Assembly (NCBI GenBank): GCA_965222605.1
Contig: OZ244960.1
Span: forward strand, 1,536,001-1,600,000
DNA length: 64,000 bases
Reading direction: 5' to 3'
From: Candidatus Latescibacterota bacterium
GTDB taxonomy: Bacteria; Latescibacterota; UBA2968
Shown: positions 10,307 through 20,958 of the stretch, in pieces
Layout: each line of letters opens with the position of its first letter
Position numbering within the stretch: the stretch's first letter is position 1
The notes under the pieces: generated by a model
Databases searched by the model: none
Seen by the model: the letters and a program-made list of their open reading frames with translations, nothing else
Told to the model about the DNA's origin: nothing
Made by a program: the position numbers and the translations under genes

Positions 10307-10407
10307 CTTGGCGAGCAGTTGGGACTGGGGGCTACTGACCGCTGACCGCTCATTTGAAAAAAACCGGGAACGTTCAACCCTTATAGAAGTCCAAAGAAAA
10401 ATCGTAC

Positions 10408-11370
10408 ATGCCCAATTCCGTGCTGACAGTTGACAATCTCCAAACGCATTTTCATACAGACAGCGGAACAGCGAGGGCGGTAGATGGCGTATCATTCACG
10501 CTCAACAAGGGCGAAACCTATGGCCTTGTTGGTGAATCGGGGTGCGGGAAAAGTGTCTCTTCGCTGTCAATCATGCGATTGGTACCTCATCCTGGTCGCA
10601 TTGAAGGTGGGCATATTTTTTTTGAAAACCGAGACCTGGTATCCCTGTCAGATACCGAAATGCGCGACATACGCGGCAATGACATCGCCATGATCTTCCA
10701 AGAACCCATGACCAGTCTCAACCCGGTTTACACCTGTGGGTTCCAAATTGATGAAGCCGTAAGGCGGCACCAGGGATTAGAAAAAAAAGACGCGCGCAAA
10801 AAAACAGTTGAAATGCTTCACCTTGTGGGCCTTCCAGATCCCGAGCAACGCGCAAACGAATACCCGCACCAATTATCTGGCGGCCAACGCCAGCGCGTGA
10901 TGATCGCCATGGCCCTCTCGTGCAACCCCAAAGTGTTGATTGCCGACGAACCCACAACAGCACTCGACGTCACCATTCAAGCGCAAATCCTGGACCTATT
11001 GCGCGATTTGCAACAACAACTCGGCATGGCCGTCCTGCTCATCACACACGATTTGGGTGTTATTGCCGAGGCCGCCGATCATGTCGCGGTTATGTACGCA
11101 GGCAAAATTGTAGAAACCGGTCCAGCAGACGCGATCTTTCACAATCCCAAACACCCCTACACACAGGGGTTACTCGCATCAGTACCCCGTCTGGATATCG
11201 CGAACAATCGCCTCAAAACCATTCCGGGCACGGTACCCGAAGCCACGCAATTCCCATCGGGATGTCGATTTGCAGATCGATGCGAAAAGGTCGATTCAAT
11301 TTGCAGAGAAACCATCCCACAACTGCAAACAATTAACGGCGATCACCAGGCCGCGTGTTGGATGGCGTGA
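10408..11370 (+). CDS. oppD: oligopeptide/dipeptide ABC transporter ATPase (OppD/DppD)
   Basis: [40 protein letters not shown]-terminal Cys cluster. Confidence 0.92.
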   Translation: MPNSVLTVDNLQTHFHTDSGTARAVDGVSFTLNKGETYGLVGESGCGKSVSSLSIMRLVPHPGRIEGGHIFFENRDLVSLSDTEMRDIRGNDIAMIFQEPMTSLNPVYTCGFQIDEAVRRHQGLEKKDARKKTVEMLHLVGLPDPEQRANEYPHQLSGGQRQRVMIAMALSCNPKVLIADEPTTALDVTIQAQILDLLRDLQQQLGMAVLLITHDLGVIAEAADHVAVMYAGKIVETGPADAIFHNPKHPYTQGLLASVPRLDIANNRLKTIPGTVPEATQFPSGCRFADRCEKVDSICRETIPQLQTINGDHQAACWMA

Positions 11371-11392
11371 GAGGTGAACATACTATTGATCC

Positions 11393-12343
11393 ATGCTTCT
11401 TAAAGTTCAAAATCTAAAAAAATACTACCCCATTTCTCAGGGACTTTGGGGACGCGACGCCGGGCATGTCAAAGCAGTAGATGACGTGAGTTTCGATATC
11501 TCTCCCGGCGAAACCCTCGGCCTGGTCGGCGAATCCGGATGCGGAAAAACCACAACCGGACGTGCTATTTTGCGCCTTATTGATGCGACATCAGGCACCG
11601 TGCGATTCAAAAATACCGACATTCTCTCCCTGGGAAAAAAGCAACTCCGCGCACTGCGCCGGCACATGCAAATCATCTTTCAGGACCCCTACGGATCGCT
11701 AAACCCCCGCCTCACCATCGGCGGCATCCTCTCGGAACCCCTGAAAATCCACGGCGACAAAACAAAAGATCGAGTCGCCGACCTGCTCAACACAGTGGGC
11801 TTATCTCCCGATGTCGCGCGCCGCTATCCCCATGAATTTTCCGGCGGACAGCGACAGCGCATTGGCATTGCACGCGCATTGGCCGTAAAACCGCAATTCA
11901 TTGTCGCGGATGAACCCGTGTCTGCACTCGACGTATCGATTCAGGCACAAATTGTAAACTTGCTCCAGGATTTACAGGCTCAGTTTGGCCTCGCCTATCT
12001 CTTTATCGCACACGACTTGAGCGTGGTCAAACACATCTCCAACCGCGTGGCAGTCATGTACCTGGGCAAAATTGTCGAACTGGCCGAAAGCCAGGAACTC
12101 TACGACAATCCGCAACATCCCTATACGCGCGCATTGCTTTCGTCAATTCCCGTGCCCGACCCGCGCATCAGAGGATCGCGCACCATTTTAACAGGTGATG
12201 TGCCCAGCCCGGTCAACATCCCTTCGGGCTGTGCATTTCATCCGCGCTGTCCCGAAGCAACGCCGGACTGCGCCCACCACAAACCAGCACTCTTAGACAT
12301 AGAACCCGGCCACAGCGTGGCCTGTATCTTGCGACACAATTAA
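11393..12343 (+). CDS. oppF: oligopeptide/dipeptide ABC transporter ATPase (OppF/DppF)
   Basis: [42 protein letters not shown]. Confidence 0.92.
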   Translation: MLLKVQNLKKYYPISQGLWGRDAGHVKAVDDVSFDISPGETLGLVGESGCGKTTTGRAILRLIDATSGTVRFKNTDILSLGKKQLRALRRHMQIIFQDPYGSLNPRLTIGGILSEPLKIHGDKTKDRVADLLNTVGLSPDVARRYPHEFSGGQRQRIGIARALAVKPQFIVADEPVSALDVSIQAQIVNLLQDLQAQFGLAYLFIAHDLSVVKHISNRVAVMYLGKIVELAESQELYDNPQHPYTRALLSSIPVPDPRIRGSRTILTGDVPSPVNIPSGCAFHPRCPEATPDCAHHKPALLDIEPGHSVACILRHN

Positions 12344-12397
12344 TACGCCGGCGCCGAACCTGCGTACCTAACCACCCATTATTTTAAGGAGTCATAA

Positions 12398-15300
12398 GTG
12401 AAGGTCTTAAGAATATTAACGTTGCTGTGTCTCATCGGCCTCATATCCCACACCGCTCAGGCACAGCCCCCCTCTTTAGGCCCTGCCAAAGCCATTGGGG
12501 TTGACCTGGCCAATACCCTGCTGAACCGTCCGTCTCCCGATCAAAAAAGCTACACCTATTGGAAACCCGAAACAGCCGACGGCTTTTTCCCATCGCTTTT
12601 GGGACTGCGTACGGCTGGCGCTCAAATGATCCGCACCAGATATTTCAATATCTACTTCTCTACTGCCGAAAAAACCGCTCGTCACATTGCCGATTTCTGC
12701 GATGAAATTCTATCGAATCTCATGCGCCATTACCCCACCTTTGTCGATCGCATTGCACCCATCCACGTCGTCGTTGACGATCAAGCGGATTATTTGGGCA
12801 ATGCCTTTGCTGTGTACAGCGCCAATTACATCCACTTTTGGACCAATCCCATCGACTGGGAAATCCGCGGCACCAGCGACTGGGTACGCAATGTTTTTGT
12901 CCACGAACTCACCCACATCGTAACATTGAAAGCCGCCTATAAGGGCCTGCCATTCCAAATTGGCATCATCAACGCCTCTCGCGCCAATGAAAATCCCGAT
13001 TTCAGCTTTACACTCGGCCTGTATCACCTCGCCGTCAGTTCGGGTTTTGCCGAAGGCATCGCACAATACGAAGCCTCCCAATACGGCGACGACCGCTGGG
13101 ACACACACCGCGATATGCTCCTGCGCATGGCCGCGCTCGAAAATGATCTGCTCTCCCTACCCAGCATGGGGCAACTCGGCGGCAAGGGCAATTATCACGG
13201 CGAAATGGTCTATAATCAGGGATTTGCCATGCTCAACTACATTGGCGAACGCTTTGGACCCAATGTTGTCAGGCAAATTTTTGAACACAGACCCATTATC
13301 AACTTCAACTCCTCACTCAAAAAAGCCACAGGCGTATCGGCCAAACAACTCTATCGCGACTGGAAAACGCAGATTGGAGAACAATACAGCGCGGTTCAAA
13401 GCGACATCCAGGAAGCCGGCGAACGCGAAGGCGAATTGATCGTCGATAGGGGCAATTTGGACTATCACCCGGTCTATTCCCCGCAAGGCGATAAGCTGGG
13501 CTTTATCTCCAACGACGACAGCGACTATTTCATCACCGAACTCAAAGTGATGGACCTGACCACAAAAAAAATTAAAAAAATAGCCGACCGCGTCGATAAT
13601 CGCTTTGTCTGGACAGCCAGCGGCGACAGCCTGATGTACATCAAAGCCGTAGGTGCGCGTTGGGACATCTTCACGTATGACCTAAAAACCAAAAAAGAAA
13701 GCCGTGTCACCGTGGGATTGCGCGGCAAAGACCCCACCCTCTCACCCGATAGCAAACAAATCGCCTTTGTAACCATGAGAGACGGCACAGCCAACATCGG
13801 CCTTGTAAATATCGACGGTACCGATGTGCGATACCTCACACATAACAACGACGCCACACAGTATTTTGGCCCAAAATGGTCGCCCGATGGCAAACACCTG
13901 CTCTTCAGCGTATTCCGCACGGGCGAAGACCGCGACATTGCCATCATCGACGTGGATGCCACAACCTGGAAAAAGAAAGAGGGCAGGCGTTCGCTAAAAA
14001 AAGAAGAAGTTGACACACAACTCGACAGCCTCCAGCAAGCAAAGGCCGACAGCCTTAAAGCATTCCCCGACAGCCTCGCCTATGCCAACAATGCCAACTT
14101 CAAAGCCATCGTACACTCCACAGCCGACGAACGCGATCCCGTCTGGCTACCCGATGGCAGCGGATTTGTCTTCAGTTCAGACCGCACGGGCATCTTCAAC
14201 CTCTACACCCACGACATGGCGACCGGCGAACAAAAGCAACTGACCAATGTTGTGGGCGGCGCGTTTTTGCCCACTATTTCTCCAGATGCACAGGATGTGA
14301 TCTACGTGGGGTATCACGCAGCGAACTACAACCTCTATAGCATACCCCTGTCCGAAGCCATTGCCGTTGATCCCCCCGAAAGTGTTGAGCGAGACTATGC
14401 CGAGATTTATACCGGCAAATCCATCACCGACCTTCACGACATCGGGCGGTATTCCACGCGCCTCGTCTCTTACGGGATCACCCCCATCGCATTGCTGGGG
14501 CCCACATTTATCGGCAACCGATTCGGCCTGGATCAAATCAGCGCGGGTGTTCAATGGGCCTGGGGCGATCTGCTCGGCAACGACGTCTTTGTATCCACCG
14601 CCCTGATCGGCAAAAACTTCAAACGACAACAAGACTTCAACTCGGAATTTGCCTTCTTTTACCAGAACAGCCTCACCCCCATTCTATCTGAACAAAGCGC
14701 GTATGTCCCCCGCATTTTCTTTGGAGGCAGCAGGCAAACCATCAACAGCATCGTGGATTTGGGTACTGTCCAGGTCGTGCGCGATACACTCAGCGGCACA
14801 CTGATCACCCAAAACGACGAGGGGCAACAGGTTCTGATTCCCAATGTTACGCAGCACTTAGACCTCACGGTTACAGAAGAAGACGATTTTAAGGATGTAT
14901 TCTCCGACTTTACGATAGGCGCCGAAATGGGGGCAGGCCGCGGACACTATTTCAGCCTGGCTTATGGCTACCGCAAGTATTCTGAGAACCTGCACGCCGT
15001 CCAGGTCCTCCACGACAGCTCTCGCGTCTTTCAGACCAATTTGGGGACCGGTGATATTGAAGACATCACCGATCAGATCCCCGGTCCGGGCTATGCATCG
15101 CAAGAAACCATTCTCGACGACTTTCTCTATAAAGAACTCGATTTCTTCAAAAGTAACGAATGGATGGCCGGTTGGAGCTACATCACCCTCAAACCCGCAA
15201 CGGACCTCTACATCAACCCATCGGGCGGGCGCGCATTGTCCTTCCGCTATCGGCGCATCAATGCAACCGTGATAGATTCACTGGCCCGCACGCCAGATCT

Positions 15301-15973
15301 GAATGCGGATTTTACCCCAGACCCCATCGGCGAAGACCTATCACCCGCATTTTTCCGAGGCGATAAAGTCAATGTGGGATACAACGAATACATCGCCTCC
15401 CTCAACGAATTTATCCCGCTCGTCGGCCGCTCAACACTCGCCCTACAGGTCTTTGGAGCCTACAAAGACAGCTATGTCAAAGAAGTACAACAAGAAGGCG
15501 GCACATTCGAAGGCGTATTCTATTATCCCCTGCGCTATTATCTCGGTGGTCTGGGCACCTTGCGCGGCTATCCATATTTCACAATCTCAGGCGGCAAAGC
15601 CCTCTTTGGTCGGACTACGCTAACCCTGCCCATCTTTAAGCACATCGGCGCGGAACTGCCGCCCATCTTTTTCGACAAAGTTTACGCCTCGCTCTTCTTT
15701 GAGTTTGGAGGCACATCCAATGCCGCCAGCATCGGCGATATTTTTGACGTAAATGAAGAAGTACACAGTGGGCGATGGGACAAATTCAAAAACTCTTTCC
15801 TATTCGACTACGGCGCCGAAATCCGATTCCAGATATTTTCATATTACCGCTTACCCATGTTCGGCTATTTCATCGTCGCCCGTCCCACCAAACTCGAAGT
15901 CCCAGCCCGCAATGCCCCTGACATCATCGAAGAGGTAAGTGGGATGCGATTCTATTTTGGCCTGTCATTGTAA
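12398..15973 (+). CDS. exported protein: HExxH peptidase-like domain + PD40/TolB propeller + probable C-terminal beta-barrel
   Basis: Signal peptide; VHELTH...EGIAQY; repeated PxxSPDG units; GGLGTLRGY and terminal RFYFGLSL. Confidence 0.75.
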   Translation: MKVLRILTLLCLIGLISHTAQAQPPSLGPAKAIGVDLANTLLNRPSPDQKSYTYWKPETADGFFPSLLGLRTAGAQMIRTRYFNIYFSTAEKTARHIADFCDEILSNLMRHYPTFVDRIAPIHVVVDDQADYLGNAFAVYSANYIHFWTNPIDWEIRGTSDWVRNVFVHELTHIVTLKAAYKGLPFQIGIINASRANENPDFSFTLGLYHLAVSSGFAEGIAQYEASQYGDDRWDTHRDMLLRMAALENDLLSLPSMGQLGGKGNYHGEMVYNQGFAMLNYIGERFGPNVVRQIFEHRPIINFNSSLKKATGVSAKQLYRDWKTQIGEQYSAVQSDIQEAGEREGELIVDRGNLDYHPVYSPQGDKLGFISNDDSDYFITELKVMDLTTKKIKKIADRVDNRFVWTASGDSLMYIKAVGARWDIFTYDLKTKKESRVTVGLRGKDPTLSPDSKQIAFVTMRDGTANIGLVNIDGTDVRYLTHNNDATQYFGPKWSPDGKHLLFSVFRTGEDRDIAIIDVDATTWKKKEGRRSLKKEEVDTQLDSLQQAKADSLKAFPDSLAYANNANFKAIVHSTADERDPVWLPDGSGFVFSSDRTGIFNLYTHDMATGEQKQLTNVVGGAFLPTISPDAQDVIYVGYHAANYNLYSIPLSEAIAVDPPESVERDYAEIYTGKSITDLHDIGRYSTRLVSYGITPIALLGPTFIGNRFGLDQISAGVQWAWGDLLGNDVFVSTALIGKNFKRQQDFNSEFAFFYQNSLTPILSEQSAYVPRIFFGGSRQTINSIVDLGTVQVVRDTLSGTLITQNDEGQQVLIPNVTQHLDLTVTEEDDFKDVFSDFTIGAEMGAGRGHYFSLAYGYRKYSENLHAVQVLHDSSRVFQTNLGTGDIEDITDQIPGPGYASQETILDDFLYKELDFFKSNEWMAGWSYITLKPATDLYINPSGGRALSFRYRRINATVIDSLARTPDLNADFTPDPIGEDLSPAFFRGDKVNVGYNEYIASLNEFIPLVGRSTLALQVFGAYKDSYVKEVQQEGGTFEGVFYYPLRYYLGGLGTLRGYPYFTISGGKALFGRTTLTLPIFKHIGAELPPIFFDKVYASLFFEFGGTSNAASIGDIFDVNEEVHSGRWDKFKNSFLFDYGAEIRFQIFSYYRLPMFGYFIVARPTKLEVPARNAPDIIEEVSGMRFYFGLSL

Positions 15974-15997
15974 AGCCACCTGTCTTACTCGCAATCC

Positions 15998-16033
15998 AGT
16001 GCTCCGCCTGTGTTATAAGGCGGGGCACTTTTC
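15998..16033 (+). terminator. probable intrinsic terminator
   Basis: agtgctccgcct-gtgttata-aggcggggcact stem followed by a short T run. Confidence 0.55.
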
Positions 16034-16048
16034 GCTATTTTAACGCTT

Positions 16049-16915
16049 ATGTTGCAACTCATCCACGCGATGCGCCCGCGCGAATGGGTCAAAAATGTCT
16101 TTGTGCTGGCCGCACTCGTTTTTACCAAACGCATTTTTGAACCCGACGACCTCCTGCAAGGCAGCCTGGCCTTTCTCTGTTTTTGCCTCATATCTGGCGC
16201 AGCGTATCTTTTTAACGACATTCGAGACAGGGAAAACGACCGCCAGCATCCCCTGAAACGCCATCGCCCGATAGCCTCGGGTGCGTTGCGTATCTCCGTC
16301 GCCGCCATCGCAGCTGTCCTCCTCGCCCTGAGCGCTCTGATCGGGGGATTTTATGTGCATCCCCATTTTGGCCTCGTTCTTCTGATCTATGCAGTACTGA
16401 ACATCGCCTATACGCTGTACCTGAAACACATCGTCATCCTCGATGTCATGATCATTGCCGCGGGATTTCTTCTGCGCGCCATCGGCGGTGCAGTGGCGAT
16501 TCAGGTCGCCATCTCCTCCTGGTTCATCCTCTGTACCATGCTACTGGCTCTTTTTCTTGGCTTTGCCAAACGCCGGCATGAAATCGCCCTGCTCGAAGGA
16601 GATGCCAGCACCCACCGCCGCATCCTCGAAGAATATTCCCCACAATTTCTCGACCAGATGATCGCCATCGTCACAGCCGGCGCACTGGTATCATACGCGC
16701 TTTATACCATGTCGCCCGAAGTCATTGAAAAACTCGGCACCAAATACCTCAACCTCACCATACCCTTTGTGGTCTATGGTATGCTGCGCTACCTCTATCT
16801 CATCTACAAAAAAGATGGAGGCGGCAATCCCACCTCCACCGTATTGGGTGATTTCCCTCTTCTGACCGCTTGCGCGCTGTGGTTGCTAACTTTGGGTGTA
16901 ATACTCTACGTTTGA
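16049..16915 (+). CDS. UbiA-family prenyltransferase (decaprenyl-phosphate phosphoribosyltransferase-like)
   Basis: MRPREWVKN, YLFNDIRDRENDRQHPLKRHRPIASG, KRRHE. Confidence 0.9.
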   Translation: MLQLIHAMRPREWVKNVFVLAALVFTKRIFEPDDLLQGSLAFLCFCLISGAAYLFNDIRDRENDRQHPLKRHRPIASGALRISVAAIAAVLLALSALIGGFYVHPHFGLVLLIYAVLNIAYTLYLKHIVILDVMIIAAGFLLRAIGGAVAIQVAISSWFILCTMLLALFLGFAKRRHEIALLEGDASTHRRILEEYSPQFLDQMIAIVTAGALVSYALYTMSPEVIEKLGTKYLNLTIPFVVYGMLRYLYLIYKKDGGGNPTSTVLGDFPLLTACALWLLTLGVILYV

Positions 16916-16991
16916 TCGCACTTGAGAAAGTCGGGAAAAGGATTTCCCTCCTACTCGATGACGCGATACGCAGATCAGAAAAATGACGCCA

Positions 16992-17011
16992 TTGGAGCGG
17001 CATCCTTGCCG
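16992..17011 (+). repeat. REP-like 20-mer (inverted copy at 44997-45016)
   Basis: ttggagcggcatccttgccg is the exact reverse complement of cggcaaggatgccgctccaa at 44997. Confidence 0.6.
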
Positions 17012-17039
17012 CAATCACAACTCGGGTTATCGCATACAA

Positions 17040-17086
17040 CCGATGACTGGCCTGGACATCAGCCAGTTCATCGGCTTTTGTTTTTT
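17040..17086 (+). terminator. intrinsic terminator
   Basis: ccgatgactggc...gccagttcatcgg stem (one bulge) followed by cttttgtttttt. Confidence 0.65.
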
Positions 17087-17178
17087 ACCCCCTGCACGCG
17101 GGCATTGTGAAAAGACCTGGTATTTTGTATTTTCAATTCGCTGATCGTTTTTAATCTCTTCACACAAGGAGTTCCCGA

Positions 17179-18747
17179 ATGGCAGAGCGACCAAATATCT
17201 TGCTGATTATGAACGACGATATGGGCTATTCTGATATTGGATGTTACGGAGGTGAGATCCACACGCCAAATTTAGATCGACTTGCTGCCAATGGGTTGCG
17301 ACTCACCCAATTTTACAACACAGCGCGGTGCTGTCCCACGCGGGCATCGTTGCTCACGGGATTGCATCCTCACCAGGCCAGTGTAGGGCACATGATGGAT
17401 GACCGGGAATACGAAGGTTATCGGGGCGATCTAAACTTTAGAAGCGTAACCATTGCCGAAGTGCTCAAAACAGTGGGATATGCGACCTATATGAGTGGCA
17501 AATGGCATATCACGCGGCATACAGATGCGGATGGCCCCAAACACAGTTGGCCCTGTCAGCGCGGATTTGATCGCTTTTTTGGCATCATTACCGGTGCCGC
17601 CAATTATTGGAAGCCGCAAACACTCACGCGGGACAACGAGCAAATTACAGTGGATGAATTTCCAGAAGATTTCTTTTTCACCGATGCCATCAGCGATCAG
17701 GCGGCGGATTATATCCGCGAACACGTGCAGGCAAACGGGGATCAGCCATTCTTTTTATACACCGCATATACCGCACCCCATTGGCCCTTGCACGCGCATG
17801 ATGAAGATATTGCAAAATACAAAGGTCGATTTGCCGGGGGATGGGATCAACTGCGCGAAGAGCGTTTGGCGCGCATGCGCGAAATGGGCATATTGAAACC
17901 CGAATGGGGATTGAGCGACCGCGACCCCTCTCAGGTGCCCTGGGAAGAAGCCGATCACAAGGCGTGGCAGCAGCGGCGCATGGAGGTTTATGCCGCGCAG
18001 GTTGACCGCATGGACCAGGGAATTGGGCGCATCGTCCAATCCCTCGAAGAGACCGGGCAACTGGACAACACCCTGATCGTATTTTTGGCTGACAATGGGG
18101 GATGTGCCGAAGAACTGGGAGGTAGCATGCGACGCAGCGCAATTGCACCGCCCACCACGCGCGATGGTCGCCCAGTCCAACGCGGCAACGACCCAAACAC
18201 AATGCCGGGTGACGAAACCACGTATCAAAGCTACGGCGTACCCTGGGCTAACGTATCCAACACGCCATTTCGCCTGTACAAACACTGGGTTCACGAAGGC
18301 GGCATTTCAACGCCCTTTATCGTACATTGGCCCGATCGCGTAACAGACGGCGGCGCATTGCGCGAGCAACCCGGCCAGCTTACCGATGTCATGGCAACCT
18401 GTCTCGATGTAGCGGGCGCCGAGTATCCCGAGACCTATAATGGACACTATATTTTGTCGCTGGAAGGCACGTCGCTAACGCCGATCTTTGACAACCGGGA
18501 CAACGGCAAAGAATATCTAATCTGGGAACACGAAGGCAATGGCGCGGTTCGCAAGGGAAAATGGAAACTGGTAAAGCGCTACCCGGGCGATTGGGAGCTA
18601 TACGATATTGAAGCCGACAGATCGGAACTCGACGATCTGGCAAATGAAAATCCCGATGTAGTATCCGAACTCGCGGCAATTTACGACGCCTGGGCAGAGC
18701 GTTGTGGGATAGAACCCTGGGATAATATCCTCGCAAAGCGCGGGTAA
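17179..18747 (+). CDS. arylsulfatase (Cys-type FGly sulfatase)
   Basis: PNILLIMNDDMGYSD, RCCPTRASLLTG, GKWH. Confidence 0.95.
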   Translation: MAERPNILLIMNDDMGYSDIGCYGGEIHTPNLDRLAANGLRLTQFYNTARCCPTRASLLTGLHPHQASVGHMMDDREYEGYRGDLNFRSVTIAEVLKTVGYATYMSGKWHITRHTDADGPKHSWPCQRGFDRFFGIITGAANYWKPQTLTRDNEQITVDEFPEDFFFTDAISDQAADYIREHVQANGDQPFFLYTAYTAPHWPLHAHDEDIAKYKGRFAGGWDQLREERLARMREMGILKPEWGLSDRDPSQVPWEEADHKAWQQRRMEVYAAQVDRMDQGIGRIVQSLEETGQLDNTLIVFLADNGGCAEELGGSMRRSAIAPPTTRDGRPVQRGNDPNTMPGDETTYQSYGVPWANVSNTPFRLYKHWVHEGGISTPFIVHWPDRVTDGGALREQPGQLTDVMATCLDVAGAEYPETYNGHYILSLEGTSLTPIFDNRDNGKEYLIWEHEGNGAVRKGKWKLVKRYPGDWELYDIEADRSELDDLANENPDVVSELAAIYDAWAERCGIEPWDNILAKRG

Positions 18748-18769
18748 GTACCGCTAAAAGGAAAAAATC

Positions 18770-19519
18770 ATGACACCAACAGATATCACAGATGAAATGC
18801 TGGCAACATACCGACGCGATGGCGTGATAAAAATTTCGCAGATTATCTCGCCGGATGAAGTGGCGAAATTCCGTCAGGCATCGCTGGATATACTGGAGGC
18901 AATGCCAAAGGATCCAAACCGGCCATTTAATCAAAAAGTGAATGTATGGCGGGAAGACGAAGTATTGAGAGAATTGACGCAACACCCGAACGTCGCCGCA
19001 GTCGCAGAGAAAATTGCGGGTGTGCGTTTGCGGATCTGGCACGATCACATTTTGGCAAAAATGCCAGAACTCGAGGTGCCAACGGCATTCCATCAAGACC
19101 TGGTGAAATGGCCCTATAATCGCAATTCCAATGCCCTATCGGCGTGGGTCGCGCTACAGGATACACCTGTAGAGATGGGGTGTATGTCATTTGTACAGGG
19201 ATCGCACGAAATGAAAGATGTGCCGAACATGGCGACAAATAATCAAGAGGCATGGCGGGAATTCGCGCCAGAAATTGCGTGGCGTACCCGAGTAACGCAT
19301 CCGCTTCAGGCGGGGGATTGTACATTTCACCACGGAATGACATTTCACACCGCGGGGCCAAATCAAACCGATGATTGGCGGGTGGGATACGTGATTATTT
19401 TTATCGATGCGGCAGCGAAATACACTGGGAAAAAGCATGTAGTCACAGATCCCCTGAGGCTGGCCCCCAATACATTGCCACCAGATAATTATTTTCCACC
19501 CGTAGTTTATGGAGGCTAA
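18770..19519 (+). CDS. PhyH-family Fe(II)/2OG dioxygenase
   Basis: FHQD, WVALQD, GSH, TFHHGMTFHTAGPN. Confidence 0.92.
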   Translation: MTPTDITDEMLATYRRDGVIKISQIISPDEVAKFRQASLDILEAMPKDPNRPFNQKVNVWREDEVLRELTQHPNVAAVAEKIAGVRLRIWHDHILAKMPELEVPTAFHQDLVKWPYNRNSNALSAWVALQDTPVEMGCMSFVQGSHEMKDVPNMATNNQEAWREFAPEIAWRTRVTHPLQAGDCTFHHGMTFHTAGPNQTDDWRVGYVIIFIDAAAKYTGKKHVVTDPLRLAPNTLPPDNYFPPVVYGG

Positions 19520-19524
19520 AAAGA

Positions 19525-20949
19525 ATGAGCACCCCCAATATAATTTTAATGATGTGCGACGACCTGGGATATGGCGATGTGGGATTTAACGGAAATGAAG
19601 TGATTAAAACCCCAAATTTGGATCGGCTGGCGAACAATGGGATCCGATTCAAGCGATTTTATGCGGGAGGACCAGTGTGTTCCCCCACGCGGGGGACGTG
19701 TTTGACCGGACGACATTATTTTCGATATGGCGTAACACACGCCAATCGCGGGCACTTACCCGCACAGGAAATAACATTGGCGCGGATGTTGAAATCCTTC
19801 GGCTATGCGACCGGACATTTCGGCAAATGGCATCTGGGAACGCTGGACCCAAATTTTTCGGGCAAGCCCGGTCGCAATCCAGCGCGCAATTACGCCCCGC
19901 CGTGGGAGCGAGATTACGATGCATCTTTTGCCACGGAGTACGCAGTTCCCACATGGGATCCAACCCTGGACATCAATCAAAAGACCGGAAAGCGTTTGGA
20001 CCAACCCTGGGCATCTCCGTATTACGAAAATGGAAAACTGGCAACGGAAAATCTGTCGGGATGCGATTCCCGGGTATTGATGGATCGCGCAATTCCATTC
20101 ATTGAACAGGCTGTTGAAAATGGCGAACAGTTCCTTACGACAATCTGGTTCCACGCGCCGCATACCCCGGTCGTTGCCGGTCCAGAGTATCGGGCGATGT
20201 ACGCCGAATACAGCGAAGATGAGCAACACTATTACGGCTGTATCACCGCGATAGACGATCAGGTAGGGCGATTATATCATACTCTGGAAGCATGGGGCGT
20301 AGCCGATAACACGATGATCTGGTTCTGTTCGGACAACGGGCCAGAAGGCCGCACGGGTCAAGATGGTCGTAACCGGGGATCAACAGGTGGCTTGCGCGGG
20401 CGAAAACGGTCTCTATTTGACGGCGGCGTGGGCGTACCCGCGCTATTGCACTGGCCGAATCATGCAGGCCCCGGGCGCGTGGTGGAAATGCCGTGCAGCA
20501 CACTGGATTACTTCCCAACAATCGCCGAGGTCATGGGATATGAAATGCCCGATGATCGACCAATTGACGGAATCAGTCTGCTACCGGTGATTGAAGGAAA
20601 TATGACAGAACGTCCCGTCCCCATCCCATATCGGTTCATCAGCCCAAAAGCCGCGATGTTTGACGCCCCAACCATCTCAATGATCGACAATCGGTATAAA
20701 TGTTTGACCAACCTATCGGGCAATGGCAGCGAAGATTTGTGTTTTGATATGATTGAAGATCGCGCAGAAACGACAAATTTGGCGAATGAGCAACGCGAGC
20801 GGATGGGGCAAACGCGCGAGACCCTGCGCCAATGGCTCCGCTCCTGCGAGGCCAGCCACAACGGTGGGGATTACGACGAGGCTTATGAACCGGTTGCGCC
20901 ATTTGAAGAAGTCTCCGGAGATTGGCCCTCAAGAAGAAATAGAAATTAG
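19525..20949 (+). CDS. sulfatase (Cys-type)
   Basis: DDLGYGD, VCSPTRGTCLTGR, GKWHLG, SDNGP. Confidence 0.95.
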   Translation: MSTPNIILMMCDDLGYGDVGFNGNEVIKTPNLDRLANNGIRFKRFYAGGPVCSPTRGTCLTGRHYFRYGVTHANRGHLPAQEITLARMLKSFGYATGHFGKWHLGTLDPNFSGKPGRNPARNYAPPWERDYDASFATEYAVPTWDPTLDINQKTGKRLDQPWASPYYENGKLATENLSGCDSRVLMDRAIPFIEQAVENGEQFLTTIWFHAPHTPVVAGPEYRAMYAEYSEDEQHYYGCITAIDDQVGRLYHTLEAWGVADNTMIWFCSDNGPEGRTGQDGRNRGSTGGLRGRKRSLFDGGVGVPALLHWPNHAGPGRVVEMPCSTLDYFPTIAEVMGYEMPDDRPIDGISLLPVIEGNMTERPVPIPYRFISPKAAMFDAPTISMIDNRYKCLTNLSGNGSEDLCFDMIEDRAETTNLANEQRERMGQTRETLRQWLRSCEASHNGGDYDEAYEPVAPFEEVSGDWPSRRNRN

Positions 20950-20958
20950 AGGTAGCGA

